Assembly: GCA_963842085.1 (NCBI GenBank)
Contig: CAWJET010000001.1
Span: 3,040,001 to 3,104,000, forward strand
Source of the DNA: an uncultured delta proteobacterium
GTDB lineage: Bacteria; Desulfobacterota; Binatia; Binatales; Binataceae
Length of the DNA: 64,000 nt
Reading direction: 5' to 3'
Shown: positions 19,119-28,917 of the stretch, in pieces
How the letters are laid out: the number at the start of each line of letters is the position of its first letter
How positions within the stretch are numbered: the first letter of the stretch is position 1
Notes under the pieces: model-generated
What the model was told of the DNA's origin: nothing
The model's input: the letters and a program-made list of their open reading frames with translations, nothing else
The model's database searches: none
Position numbers and translations under genes: made by a program

Positions 19119-19793
19119 GTGAGCACAGTACTTGTTGTCGGTGCCGACCGGGGTATTGCGCACGCGATTTGCCTGCAACTGAAGGAGCGCGGAGACGACC
19201 TTATCGCGGCGTGTCTCGGCGAAGGTGCGGACTTGCGCGCGCGCGGCATTCGGGTCGAACCGCAGGTGGATGTTACTTCGGATTCGGCCGTTCGGCGCTT
19301 GGCCGACAGGCTCACGGCTGGGAAAATTCATCTGGATGTGGTGTTTCACGTGGCCGGCGTGCTCGGCCTGGACGAGCTCGGCAAAATCGACTTCGATGAC
19401 GTCCGCCGTCAGTTCGAGATCAACACGCTTGGACCCCTGCGGCTGGTGCAGGCAGTGCTTGGTTGTCTCGGGCCCGGTTCCAAGGTGGGTATCGTGACCA
19501 GCCGCGTCGGCTCGCTCGGTGACAATACGTCGGGCGGCATGTATGCGTACCGAATCTCCAAGGCCGGGGCGAACATGGTAGGCCGCAACTTGTATCACGA
19601 TCTGAAGAAGAAAGGCGTGGCTGTTCTGTTGCTCCATCCAGGTATGGTGAACACCGATCTTACCAGGGGTATTCCCGGCAAATACATTCAGCCCGAAGAG
19701 GCGGCGGCGGGATTGATCAAGAGAATGGACGAACTCACGGTCGAGACTGGCGGCGTGTTCCGGCATGCGAACGGTGAATTACTACCTTGGTAG
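19119..19793 (+). CDS. isoH: SDR dehydrogenase, IsoH/StyH-like (glutathione-conjugate alcohol dehydrogenase)
   Basis: VLVVGADRGIAH, IAACL, RRQFEINTLGPLR, KVGIVTSRVGSLGDNTSGGMY.YRISKA (YxxxK) and LLLHPGMV.TDLT match recalled IsoH. Confidence 0.8.
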   Translation: MSTVLVVGADRGIAHAICLQLKERGDDLIAACLGEGADLRARGIRVEPQVDVTSDSAVRRLADRLTAGKIHLDVVFHVAGVLGLDELGKIDFDDVRRQFEINTLGPLRLVQAVLGCLGPGSKVGIVTSRVGSLGDNTSGGMYAYRISKAGANMVGRNLYHDLKKKGVAVLLLHPGMVNTDLTRGIPGKYIQPEEAAAGLIKRMDELTVETGGVFRHANGELLPW

Positions 19794-19820
19794 CCATTTC
19801 GTTACACGGGGGATATTAGG

Positions 19821-20540
19821 ATGATTACTATCTATCAATACATTCCTGGCTGGAATGTACCCTGCATTAGTCCTTTCGTCACCAAAACTATTTACTACAT
19901 GAGGATGGCTGGCATACCGCATGAAGTTAAGCGGCAGGATCTCAGCCGGCTGCAGCAGGATGCGCCGTACGGAAAGCTGCCTTTTATTGATGACAACGGC
20001 GTCAAGGTCGCGGACTCTACCGCGATCATTGACTATCTGAGGAAATACGCCGACCTGGACAGCGATGCCACTGCAACCGAAAGGGCGCAGATGCTGGCGT
20101 GGAACCGGATGATCGATGAGCATACCTACTGGTGCGCGGTGATTCAGCCCCGCTGGCGCGAAGAAGCCAATTGGGAAATTTATTTGCCGATCATTTTCGG
20201 TGCGAGCCCGGTTCCTCCCGAGGTGCGCCAAACGCTGGAGGAGTTTCGCAAGCTTATTCTATCGGAGTTTCTCGGTCACGGCGTCGGACGTCTGCCGGAC
20301 AACGTCGTCTATGAGCGCGCGCGAGCCGATATCGATGCAATCTCCGACTTTCTGGACTCAAAGCCTTACTTCATGGGCGAAAAGTTGCGCTCGATCGATG
20401 CGAATTTGCTATCGATGCTCGATCACATCATCTATACGCCATTCAAGTTTGACACCAAGGACTACGCGCTCGGCAAGAAAAACCTGGTGGACTACAGCCA
20501 GCGCATGAACAAGCGCTTCGGGAAACCCGAAGCTCGGTGA
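19821..20540 (+). CDS. isoI: Glutathione S-transferase, IsoI/StyI-like (epoxide-conjugating)
   Basis: MITIY.Y.P.W.VP.ISPFVTK, QDL..L.QD.P.GKLP, EH.YW..IQ.RW, RADIDAISDFL..KP and SIDA match recalled IsoI. Confidence 0.8.
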   Translation: MITIYQYIPGWNVPCISPFVTKTIYYMRMAGIPHEVKRQDLSRLQQDAPYGKLPFIDDNGVKVADSTAIIDYLRKYADLDSDATATERAQMLAWNRMIDEHTYWCAVIQPRWREEANWEIYLPIIFGASPVPPEVRQTLEEFRKLILSEFLGHGVGRLPDNVVYERARADIDAISDFLDSKPYFMGEKLRSIDANLLSMLDHIIYTPFKFDTKDYALGKKNLVDYSQRMNKRFGKPEAR

Positions 20541-20679
20541 GCTCGTCATTCGGCTCGAGTGGGTTGCGGTAGCGTCCTATTGGGTTCGCGATCGCAAAGT
20601 CGGCGGGGGATCATCCCGGGGTCCGCACGCTTGACGGGTACGTTTAGACTCCATTATAGGGAAGATAAGGTGCCCTACT

Positions 20680-22689
20680 GTGTCAGAGACTTTTGCGCGA
20701 GGTGATCCTCGTGCGTGGCTAGTATCGCCTTCTGTACGCGATACGTTGGCCCAAATTGCTCGGCAGCGAGATCAATTTCTCTGCGACCTGCCCACCGATG
20801 GCTTGCGGCCTTTGATACGCGACCGATGGAACTTGTGCAAATCAGTCGGAATCGATCCGCATTCTGCGCGTGCGCCTGACGGCCTCACGCGAGAACACAT
20901 CGAAGAAATCCTTCGGGTTGATGATTTTGGACACATCGGCAGGCAAGTCGCTGACGACTTTGCGCGCGTGATCAGCGGCTCGGGACACTATCTGGTATTG
21001 GCTGATCGATCCGGTCGAATCTTTTACGCGGTGGGAGATGATCGCGTGAAGGCGGGCTTGGAGGGGGTTAATTTCATTCCGGGCGGCCTTTGGACGGAGG
21101 AGGCAGTGGGGCCGAATGGAGTGGGAACCGCGTTGGCGACCGCTGCGCCGGTATTCGTGTGGGGTCCCGAGCATTTCTGCGAAGGCTGGCAACCCTGGAT
21201 TTGCTACGGAAGCCCGGTGCGCGACCCTGTCTCCGGTCGCGTGACAGGCGCAGTTGATATTTCGGGCCCGGCTCCAACTAGAAGCGAGATGGCCTTCAAT
21301 CTGACCGTAACCGTGGCTCGAACGATCGAGCGTTCGCTGGGCGCAAGAGCGTTGCAACGGCAGCAAGCGCTGATCGCGGAATTTCTCGCGGCAACCAAAC
21401 GCTGGCCGAACGATGGCATAATCCTGGTGGACGAAAACGGGCGAATATTGGAACTCAATCCCAGGGGCATGGCGCTCCTCAAGCGCGATGTGCGCACCCT
21501 GATGGGGTATCCTTTGAAAGACGCTTCGCCAGAGCTCGACGAGTTCGTTCAACATTGCTGGAAAAATGGCGAGACCCTCGAACGAACAACAGAGCGACAT
21601 GCTACCCAGATTCACGTGCATTGCAGCTTGACGATAGTTGATAGAAAGGCTTCAGGATGTTTGTTGATTTTGCGGTCAGTTGAGCCTTCCCGGCCTCACG
21701 CTTCTCCTCGAGCCGCGAGCGCGATGGCCGTGGAACCGGCAGTGACATTCGCGGACATCAAGGGTCGCGACCCTGCTCTGGTGGCAGCTCTGCACAAGTC
21801 GAGAACGGCCGCGGGAAACGACAAGACGGTGCTGCTCACGGGAGAGACCGGGACCGGTAAGGATCTCTTCGCGCAAGCAATCCATGGTGCGAGCAGACGC
21901 GCCGGCGGTCCATTCGTCGCAATAAACTGCGCGGCGCTGCCGAGCGAGTTGTGCGCGAGCGAGCTTTTCGGATATGCGCGCGGAGCGTTCACCGGAGCAA
22001 AAGCGCACGGCAGTCTGGGTAAATTCGCCCAAGCCAGCGGTGGCACTTTATTTCTCGACGAAATCTCCTCGATGCCATTTGATTTGCAAGCGACGCTGCT
22101 TCGGGCGATCGAGACAAAGAGCGTGACACCGCTGGGATCATCTCGCAGCCAAGCGGTGGACGTCAGAGTCATTGCCGCGGCTAACGAAGAGCTCTCAACC
22201 TTGGTGAACCGTGAGCGGTTTCGAGCGGACCTTTACTACCGTCTCAATGTCATCTCCATCCGATGCCCACCGTTGCGCGGGCGCGCCGAAGACATACTTC
22301 TTTTAGCAAGCGGCTTTCTCAATCAAGGGTGTGGGGAAGTAGGCCGTACGCCTTTGATACTGTCAGAAGAAGTGAAAGATATCCTGGTCCAACATTCCTG
22401 GCCTGGGAACGTACGAGAACTCCAGAATCTGTGTGCCAGATGGATCGAAGAGGTGGAAGCCGACGTTGTATCCTTCTCCGATCTTCCCCCCGAGATGCAA
22501 CCAGAGTCTCCTGCAGTGGCCGCCAAGGAAGTGTCTCTGGCAGACGCAGAAGCTGAATTGATAGTGCGAACAATTAGGGAGTGCAACAACAATATCAGTA
22601 TGGTGGCTCGCCGCCTCGGTGTTTCCAGAGCCACCATTTACAACAAGCTCCGCGTTATACAAGGCGGCAGTGTGAAGAACGGCAACTGA
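20680..22689 (+). CDS. Sigma54-dependent activator, GAF-PAS-AAA+-HTH (AcoR-like)
   Basis: GAF (WTEEAVGPNGVGTAL, EHFC), [31 protein letters not shown] and a Fis HTH. Confidence 0.92.
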   Translation: MSETFARGDPRAWLVSPSVRDTLAQIARQRDQFLCDLPTDGLRPLIRDRWNLCKSVGIDPHSARAPDGLTREHIEEILRVDDFGHIGRQVADDFARVISGSGHYLVLADRSGRIFYAVGDDRVKAGLEGVNFIPGGLWTEEAVGPNGVGTALATAAPVFVWGPEHFCEGWQPWICYGSPVRDPVSGRVTGAVDISGPAPTRSEMAFNLTVTVARTIERSLGARALQRQQALIAEFLAATKRWPNDGIILVDENGRILELNPRGMALLKRDVRTLMGYPLKDASPELDEFVQHCWKNGETLERTTERHATQIHVHCSLTIVDRKASGCLLILRSVEPSRPHASPRAASAMAVEPAVTFADIKGRDPALVAALHKSRTAAGNDKTVLLTGETGTGKDLFAQAIHGASRRAGGPFVAINCAALPSELCASELFGYARGAFTGAKAHGSLGKFAQASGGTLFLDEISSMPFDLQATLLRAIETKSVTPLGSSRSQAVDVRVIAAANEELSTLVNRERFRADLYYRLNVISIRCPPLRGRAEDILLLASGFLNQGCGEVGRTPLILSEEVKDILVQHSWPGNVRELQNLCARWIEEVEADVVSFSDLPPEMQPESPAVAAKEVSLADAEAELIVRTIRECNNNISMVARRLGVSRATIYNKLRVIQGGSVKNGN

Positions 22690-23028
22690 CGACGCGATGC
22701 GTATGAAAGGCAATCTGTCGAGCGCGTCTTGCTAGACGGTCGCAAAACAATCGACCTCTTGCGTTTTTCTTCGAGTTACAGCTTCATCCAATTGAACGTT
22801 AGCGCTGCGGGCATTGGGTTCAGAGCCTGACTTTCGGCCTGGAACGTCCCGGCAATGCCCCTTTCCCGTCGGCTTCGAGTTCCGCCGGCTTCTGTTGTTG
22901 TTCGCTACCTGCCCGGACACGTAGATGTGTAAATGTTCAAAACAGCTGTGAAGGCAGACCGTCAAAAAGCTGGACACTTTGGATCACAATGCGAACTGAT
23001 TAAGCCACCATTGCATAGACAGTCACTT

Positions 23029-23044
23029 CGGCATGACTTTTGCG
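23029..23044 (+). promoter_or_regulatory. Sigma54 (-24/-12) promoter for the aldehyde dehydrogenase
   Basis: CGGCATGACTTTTGCG has exact GG-N10-GC spacing. It lies downstream of an AcoR-like activator and ~125 bp before the ALDH start. Confidence 0.75.
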
Positions 23045-23169
23045 GTGTCGAACCTGCCGAGGAGATTTCAGGCGACGGAGATTCTCGCCTCACATTTAGC
23101 GGGCGCGGTCTTCGATGTCAGTCGCCAGTGGATAGACGCGACAGCTGAAACATAAGGAGTTGAAGGCAG

Positions 23170-24693
23170 ATGGGAGTGACAGTCTCGGAGGAAAAGAAAG
23201 CTGGTGGAGCGGCACCAGCAGCGATCAGCAACTTACTGAACTCGCCAAGGCGTCTGTTAATAGGGGGCAAGTGGGTCGCGGCCAAATCCGGCAAAACCTT
23301 TGAGACCCTCGATCCCGCCACTGAAGAAGTTCTTGCTCAAGTGGCCGAAGGAGACAGACTCGACGTAGATGAAGCTGTCAAGGCAGCTCGCTGTGCGCTC
23401 GACGACGGCGCTTGGCCAAAACTTTCCCCATCCGAGCGCGGACGGCTCATCTGGAAGCTTGGCGATTTGGTTGAGAAGCACGGCGCGGAATTGGCCCAGT
23501 TGGAAAGCCTCGATAACGGCAAGCCGGTCGCAGTGGCCCAGGGGGCTGATGTTCCGCTTTCCGCAGACACTCTCCGCTACATGGCTGGATGGGCGACGAA
23601 GATCGAGGGAAACACGATACCTCTCTCCGTTCCCTACACGCCCGGAGCCCGTTACCTGGCGTACACGGTTCGCGAACCGGTCGGCGTTGTAGGACAGATC
23701 ATTCCCTGGAATTTTCCCTTACTCATGGCCGCATGGAAACTAGGACCAGCTTTGGCCGCGGGATGCACCGTAGTACTGAAACCCGCGGAGCAAACCCCGT
23801 TGACGGCTCTGCGTCTGGGCGAACTTATCATGGAAGCGGGGTTCCCTGATGGCGTCGTAAACATTGTGACCGGATACGGCGAAACGGCCGGCGCGGCGCT
23901 GGCAGCCCACCCCGGAGTCGACAAGGTGGCATTCACCGGTTCGACCGAGGTCGGAAAGTTAATCCTGAAAGCGGCGGCGGGAAACCTGAAAAAAGTCACG
24001 CTGGAGCTCGGCGGAAAGTCGCCCAACGTGGTCTATGCAGACGCCGATCCGGAGTTGGCAATTGCTGGAGCCTCAAGCGCAATTTTCTTCAATCACGGCC
24101 AGTGCTGCTGTGCCGGCTCGCGGCTCTACGTGCAGGAGCAGGCCTTTGATCAAGTTGTTGACGGAGTCTCGAGAGAAGCCAAACGCATCAAGCTGGGCCG
24201 CGGTCTCGACCCGGAGACGCAGATGGGTCCTCTAGTGTCGGACGAACAATTGAAGCGGGTGACCGGGTATATTGCATCCGGACTGGAACAAGGTGCGAAG
24301 GCGGTAACCGGCGGAGGCCGGATCGGACGCTCGGGCTATTTTGTTGAACCCACGGTGTTGGTGAACACGCGAGCCGACATGAAGGTTGTCCAGGAGGAAA
24401 TCTTTGGGCCGGTGGTATGCGCTATCCCATTCAAGAGCGAAGAAGAGATCGTTCAGGCTGCGAACGATACGATCTACGGGCTCGCCGCCGGAATATGGAC
24501 CCGCGATGTAGGTAAAGCGCATTCTCTGGCCGCGAAACTGCGCGCGGGCACCGTCTGGGTCAACTGCTACAACATTTTCGATGCAGCAATGCCGTTCGGG
24601 GGCTACAAGCAATCCGGATGGGGCCGGGAGCAGGGTCACGAAGTGCTTGAACATTACACTGAGAGCAAGTCGGTCTGCGTCCGGATCGACTAG
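23170..24693 (+). CDS. NAD-dependent aldehyde dehydrogenase (phenylacetaldehyde DH/DhaS-like subfamily)
   Basis: IIPWNFPL, KPAEQTP, FTGSTEVG, LELGGKSP, catalytic GQCCCAG, EEIFGPV and FGGYKQSG. Confidence 0.95.
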   Translation: MGVTVSEEKKAGGAAPAAISNLLNSPRRLLIGGKWVAAKSGKTFETLDPATEEVLAQVAEGDRLDVDEAVKAARCALDDGAWPKLSPSERGRLIWKLGDLVEKHGAELAQLESLDNGKPVAVAQGADVPLSADTLRYMAGWATKIEGNTIPLSVPYTPGARYLAYTVREPVGVVGQIIPWNFPLLMAAWKLGPALAAGCTVVLKPAEQTPLTALRLGELIMEAGFPDGVVNIVTGYGETAGAALAAHPGVDKVAFTGSTEVGKLILKAAAGNLKKVTLELGGKSPNVVYADADPELAIAGASSAIFFNHGQCCCAGSRLYVQEQAFDQVVDGVSREAKRIKLGRGLDPETQMGPLVSDEQLKRVTGYIASGLEQGAKAVTGGGRIGRSGYFVEPTVLVNTRADMKVVQEEIFGPVVCAIPFKSEEEIVQAANDTIYGLAAGIWTRDVGKAHSLAAKLRAGTVWVNCYNIFDAAMPFGGYKQSGWGREQGHEVLEHYTESKSVCVRID

Positions 24694-24807
24694 CGTCACT
24701 AGAACTTGGGGATTCATTTCGATTGGTCATTCGGCATCCCCAGAAGGGCTGCGGTCACCGGAGTCAAGAAGCTGAAACCCGGGTATAGAGCTTTGGGCAA
24801 ACTTTCT

Positions 24808-25617
24808 TCAGAGCTGCGAATCGTAGTAGCCGCGTACCGTACGGTCGGGAAGTTCAACCACTGGATGGGCGCACAGCGCACCCAGCGTCATCGCGGAATC
24901 AAATCGATCGATGTGGTACTGGCAGATCATTGCGACCTGCGGATATTTGTCTGCCAAGCGGTTGAGCCGTCGTTCGTAGTCAAGAATCCCCGATACCCCA
25001 TTTGCACCCGAGCAGTACCAGGACATCTCGCCCGTAATCAGCGCCTTGCTTTTGCCTCCCGACAGCATTTCCTGGACGGATTTCTCGACGAACGCGAGCA
25101 TCGCGTCCGCACAGAAGCCGCCGTCGCGCAGATAGGCTTCGGAGGAGGGCACCGCTCGCAACACACCTCGGCGAGTCAGCTCGTCGGGGTCCGTCCCTTC
25201 CGAACGCAACAGGCTCATCAGGCGTGCGCGGGGAGTGCTGTCGTAGATATAGAGAATCGGCGCTCCAAGGCGCACGTACTTAAGCAGGTACGGGCGGAAC
25301 ATCCGGAACTGCTCTTCCTCACTAGAGTAATGCAGACTGATGTGGCTGTCGTTGCTCGGCTGCTGCAAGCCAACCTGCGGCCGAGGCCCGTCGATGGCGA
25401 CGGTGGGCGTCGTCGATTGACCACAATTGGCGCCTCCGGGGGCCAAAAAAGCTTCCAATTCGGCCTTTGCGAAGCGCCTTTCGCCGCGGAGGCCGACTCG
25501 AAAGCATCGCAGGCGGCCAGTGTTGGTCCAACGGCGCAACGAGATCTTACTCACTTTCAGAAAGCGCGCGGCTTCTTCGATGGTCAGTATGTTCGAATCT
25601 TCCAGCATCTCGATCAC
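24808..25617 (-). CDS. DcmR-like regulator: HTH_17 (Xis/MerR-like) plus MEDS sensory domain
   Basis: LTIEEAARFLKVSKISLRRWTNTGRL...GERRF HTH. MEDS motifs HISLHY, AYLRDGGF, LITGEMSW, YERRLN, ICQY and HP. Confidence 0.85.
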   Translation of the reverse strand: MIEMLEDSNILTIEEAARFLKVSKISLRRWTNTGRLRCFRVGLRGERRFAKAELEAFLAPGGANCGQSTTPTVAIDGPRPQVGLQQPSNDSHISLHYSSEEEQFRMFRPYLLKYVRLGAPILYIYDSTPRARLMSLLRSEGTDPDELTRRGVLRAVPSSEAYLRDGGFCADAMLAFVEKSVQEMLSGGKSKALITGEMSWYCSGANGVSGILDYERRLNRLADKYPQVAMICQYHIDRFDSAMTLGALCAHPVVELPDRTVRGYYDSQL

Positions 25618-25695
25618 ACAAGCTCTGCTAATAACGACATTGGAGCAATTTAACCCGAACTGCTAACCTCAAGCAAACTGCGAATGACCAAATTC

Positions 25696-25790
25696 AGCAA
25701 GAATAAGCAAGATGATGCAATCGCATGTTTGACATTTCGTCGAAAGACGGAGTATGAACATTAAGATTCATCGAGATTAATCAAGATAGC
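25696..25790 (+). promoter_or_regulatory. Sigma70-like promoter (TTGACA at 25729, TATGAA at 25753) flanked by 10-bp-phased direct repeats
   Basis: agcaa/agcaa/tgcaa at 25696, 25706 and 25716; ttaagat/tcgagat/tcaagat at 25761, 25771 and 25781. Located in the divergent intergenic region. Confidence 0.5.
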
Positions 25791-25881
25791 CCATGTTATA
25801 TCATCGGTAGTTCGTGAGGCAAGAAGAAGAAGGCAGCACCCGGGGAAAGCGACTTTGAGACTGCAGGGAGGGACGAACTTG

Positions 25882-26859
25882 ATGAAGACGACGCTACGGC
25901 AGGTTCAGATTTCGTGGCTGGCTGCAACACTCTTAATCGGGTGTTTGCTTTTCCCGACGGGAGCACGCGCCGGCAGCGCCGCAGGGGATCCGAGTGTGAA
26001 GCAAATGCTGCGGCAGGTGGAGCAAAGGCTCGACACAGTGGAGCAGGAGAATCAGTCCCTTCGGCAGCAGGTCCTCGAATTACGGCAGCAGGTCAATACG
26101 CAGGCTCCCACTGTCTCCGCGATGCAGCAACATATGACGCAGGTAATGCCTCAGACAGAACAGCGTGTCGCCAACATGGAGAGAGAGCAGGAAGCTTCGG
26201 ACCAGCAAGTTGCGAGTCTGAAGCAGAAGGTTGAATCGCCGTTCAAAGGCAGCGCGCTCGGGTTTAGGGCCGGATGGTCAGAAGTACCATTCGACCTGCC
26301 CGGCGGTTTCTTTTGGGACATGCATCTCGGCCATCGATTATTCGAGCAGCGGGACGGAATCCCGTTTGGCGATATCAATGGCGAGCTCGCGATCGGCCTG
26401 ATTCAGGGCAATCATGAGCCGATAACACTGAGCACGCTTGCCGGCACCCCTCTTGCGCATCCCGTGAATACTCAAGCTGATGTGTCGCTGGTTACCGTCG
26501 CTCCGACCGTTCGGTACACGCTCAGGGCCTTGGAGCCATTTGAACCTACCGTGTTTGCTGGTCCTGAAATCCTTATCAATCTGTTCGAATTCAGCCCGCT
26601 AAATGCGGGTCAGCTGCCGATACCGCCCCAACTCAGTCAGAGGGGTATCCCTACTATCGGTAGCGGGCACGTTTTTGCGGGTGCGGTATTCGGCGCGGAT
26701 CTTCAGTACCGGCTGTCTGATATCGCTTCTGCGCTGAATATTCCAGCGTCTGAGCGGTTTTTCTCGAAAATCACGGTGGGGCCGGAATGGCGGTACCACG
26801 CAATGGAGAATGGCGAGAACTTCCAATCTTACAGCGGTGAGATTACCATTGGTTTTTGA
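25882..26859 (+). CDS. Outer-membrane beta-barrel protein with an N-terminal periplasmic coiled coil
   Basis: Signal peptide (ARA), a ~80-aa Gln-rich coiled coil, amphipathic beta strands and a C-terminal Bam signal GEITIGF. Confidence 0.75.
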   Translation: MKTTLRQVQISWLAATLLIGCLLFPTGARAGSAAGDPSVKQMLRQVEQRLDTVEQENQSLRQQVLELRQQVNTQAPTVSAMQQHMTQVMPQTEQRVANMEREQEASDQQVASLKQKVESPFKGSALGFRAGWSEVPFDLPGGFFWDMHLGHRLFEQRDGIPFGDINGELAIGLIQGNHEPITLSTLAGTPLAHPVNTQADVSLVTVAPTVRYTLRALEPFEPTVFAGPEILINLFEFSPLNAGQLPIPPQLSQRGIPTIGSGHVFAGAVFGADLQYRLSDIASALNIPASERFFSKITVGPEWRYHAMENGENFQSYSGEITIGF

Positions 26860-27129
26860 GCAAGATTTGTGATGGACCCCGTAAACGGGCAGAACGGTAG
26901 ATAAGCATTGGTAACCCGGGGAACATTAGGAATGATGAATCGTTGGTTAAGTAGCGCTAAAAAGGTTAGATTAAATCAACACCGGAGCGTGAGGGACAAT
27001 TGATTGCCGGCCCGGATGGGCTCGAAAGCAGAAGATGTTAAATCGCCGCCGCAGACTGACCATTCCGTCGGTCTCTGGGTGGCGGATTGAAGACGAGAAT
27101 TTTTCGCGAGCTAAGGAGGCTAAACGAAA

Positions 27130-27969
27130 ATGGCGACTGAATCGGCAAGAGCGGAACTAACCGAAGTTAAGAAGAGTGACAAACTGTCCTGGAACTGGAT
27201 TAACCCGAAAATCATGATCGTGGGCGTCGCAGCGCTCACCGTGTTCTATGTTTCACTGCGGCTTTACCAGCAGAAGTTTGCATGGAGCATGGGACTGGAC
27301 TCGACCTCACCTGAGTTCAAGACCTACTGGATGAATCTGCAGTACGCGCTTTGGGCGTTTGAGATGCTCTTGGCGGCGTCACTGTGGAGCTGGGTATGGT
27401 TGACTCGCCCTAACGATCTAGATCGGCTCGAGCCCAAGGAAGAGATGCGGCGGCTGGGCGTATTGATAGCGATTATCGCTGTGTATGTGTTCGCGGTGTT
27501 CTGGGCCGGCAGCTTCTTCGCCGAAGAGGACGCGGTCTGGCATCAGACCGTTGTTCGCGACACCTCGTTCACGCCCAACCATATAATCCTCTTTTATACC
27601 ACCTTCCAAGTTTATATCGCTATCGGCGTGACGGCTTACCTGTACGCGAGGACGCGGTTGCCGCGTTTCGCGGCCCGGCATTCAATTCCGTTTGTAATCG
27701 CTGTTGCTGGACCTTTCATGCTGCTGCCGGTCGTCGGCTACAACGAGTGGATGCATTCCTTCGTTATTCTCGAGGAGCGTTTTACGGCTCCGGTGCACTA
27801 CGGGTTCGTACTTTTCGGGTGGACGGGGTTCGGTCTTGGTGGTCTGCTTCTTCAGATCTGCGACTACATCTATGAGCTGACCACCGGAAAGGCGCAGACC
27901 TACAACAAGGGCGAACCGGCATCCGATCCGGCGCTCGATTTCGAGACCGATGTTCCAAAGGTTGCTTAA
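27130..27969 (+). CDS. pmoC: Copper membrane monooxygenase subunit C (PmoC/AmoC family)
   Basis: GLDSTSPEFKTYW. The Cu_C ligands lie in EEDAVWHQTVVRDTSFTPNH and the Cu_D ligands in NEWMH...APVHYGFV. AAGGAGG RBS. Confidence 0.95.
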   Translation: MATESARAELTEVKKSDKLSWNWINPKIMIVGVAALTVFYVSLRLYQQKFAWSMGLDSTSPEFKTYWMNLQYALWAFEMLLAASLWSWVWLTRPNDLDRLEPKEEMRRLGVLIAIIAVYVFAVFWAGSFFAEEDAVWHQTVVRDTSFTPNHIILFYTTFQVYIAIGVTAYLYARTRLPRFAARHSIPFVIAVAGPFMLLPVVGYNEWMHSFVILEERFTAPVHYGFVLFGWTGFGLGGLLLQICDYIYELTTGKAQTYNKGEPASDPALDFETDVPKVA

Positions 27970-28008
27970 AGGCGGTTTCAACTGATCTGAGCACCACTGA
28001 TTGATTTT

Positions 28009-28036
28009 GGGTCCGGGCCGATACTGGTCCGGACCC
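28009..28036 (+). terminator. GC-rich stem-loop between pmoC and pmoA (mRNA stabiliser or partial terminator)
   Basis: GGGTCCGGGCC-gatact-GGTCCGGACCC inverted repeat. Confidence 0.55.
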
Positions 28037-28096
28037 CAGCAGACGCGAACGGTTTGGCTCTTCGAACACACGAGATTTGACTCGGGAGGAATAATC

Positions 28097-28861
28097 ATGG
28101 CGGCTGGACTTCAGGCTCGCACAAAGACGGCATTCGACACGCCTGAGGAGATGCGGAAAGCGTATCGCCAGTTCGACTTGGTCGTGGCGGTCATCCTCTT
28201 CTTCCTGTTCATAGCGCTTTACCACATAACGGCGATGCTGACGATCGGTGACTGGGATTTTTGGGCGGATTGGAAAGACCGGCGGTGGTGGATCACTGTG
28301 ACGCCGACTCTTCTAATCGCCATGCCCGCAGCAGCTCAGTACATCTTCTGGGGCAAGTTCCGTCTCCCGTTTGCTGCTACGCTTCTGACCTTCTGCCTGG
28401 TCAGTGCCGAATGGCTGAACCGGGTGGCCAACATGCACGGTTGGGCGTACTTCCCCATCGATTTCGTATGGCCGGCGACGCTGATTCCGTCGGGAATAGC
28501 ACTTGACTGTGTCCTGATGTTGACCGGCAGTTACGTGATGACGGCGATAATCGGGGGTGGGATTTGGTCGTTTTTGTTTTACCCAACGAACTGGGTGATG
28601 CTGGCGCGGTACATGCAGCCTACCAACATGCACGGGTTCCTGATGTCGCTGGCCGACGTAATGGGCTATCAGTTTGTGAGAACCGGAACCCCCGAATATT
28701 TGCGCTACATCGACCGCGGGACGCTGCGCTCGTTTGGCGAGGATCCGATCTATATATCTATGGCCTTCGCGGCGTTTGCCTGCATGCTCATTTACATGAT
28801 CTTCGTCGGCGTGGGATATCTTTTTACGAGAAGTCAGTTCAGTTGGCTTAAGCGCATATAA
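28097..28861 (+). CDS. pmoA: Copper membrane monooxygenase subunit A (PmoA/AmoA family)
   Basis: YHITAMLTIGDWDFWADWKDRRWW..VTP, FRLPF.AT, EWLNR, LFYPTNW and SLAD..GY..VRTGTPEYLR.IDRGTLR.FG. Confidence 0.95.
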   Translation: MAAGLQARTKTAFDTPEEMRKAYRQFDLVVAVILFFLFIALYHITAMLTIGDWDFWADWKDRRWWITVTPTLLIAMPAAAQYIFWGKFRLPFAATLLTFCLVSAEWLNRVANMHGWAYFPIDFVWPATLIPSGIALDCVLMLTGSYVMTAIIGGGIWSFLFYPTNWVMLARYMQPTNMHGFLMSLADVMGYQFVRTGTPEYLRYIDRGTLRSFGEDPIYISMAFAAFACMLIYMIFVGVGYLFTRSQFSWLKRI

Positions 28862-28917
28862 CCTATCGATCAACATCGCGAAGCGGCCATCAACTTCAGA
28901 GAAGCGCGGTTAATCAA

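Noticed and set aside
19119-19793. CsgA/C-factor developmental signal
   Set aside because: The SDR is CsgA-like at family level, but its motifs and its position between a CoA-transferase and a GST fit IsoH better.
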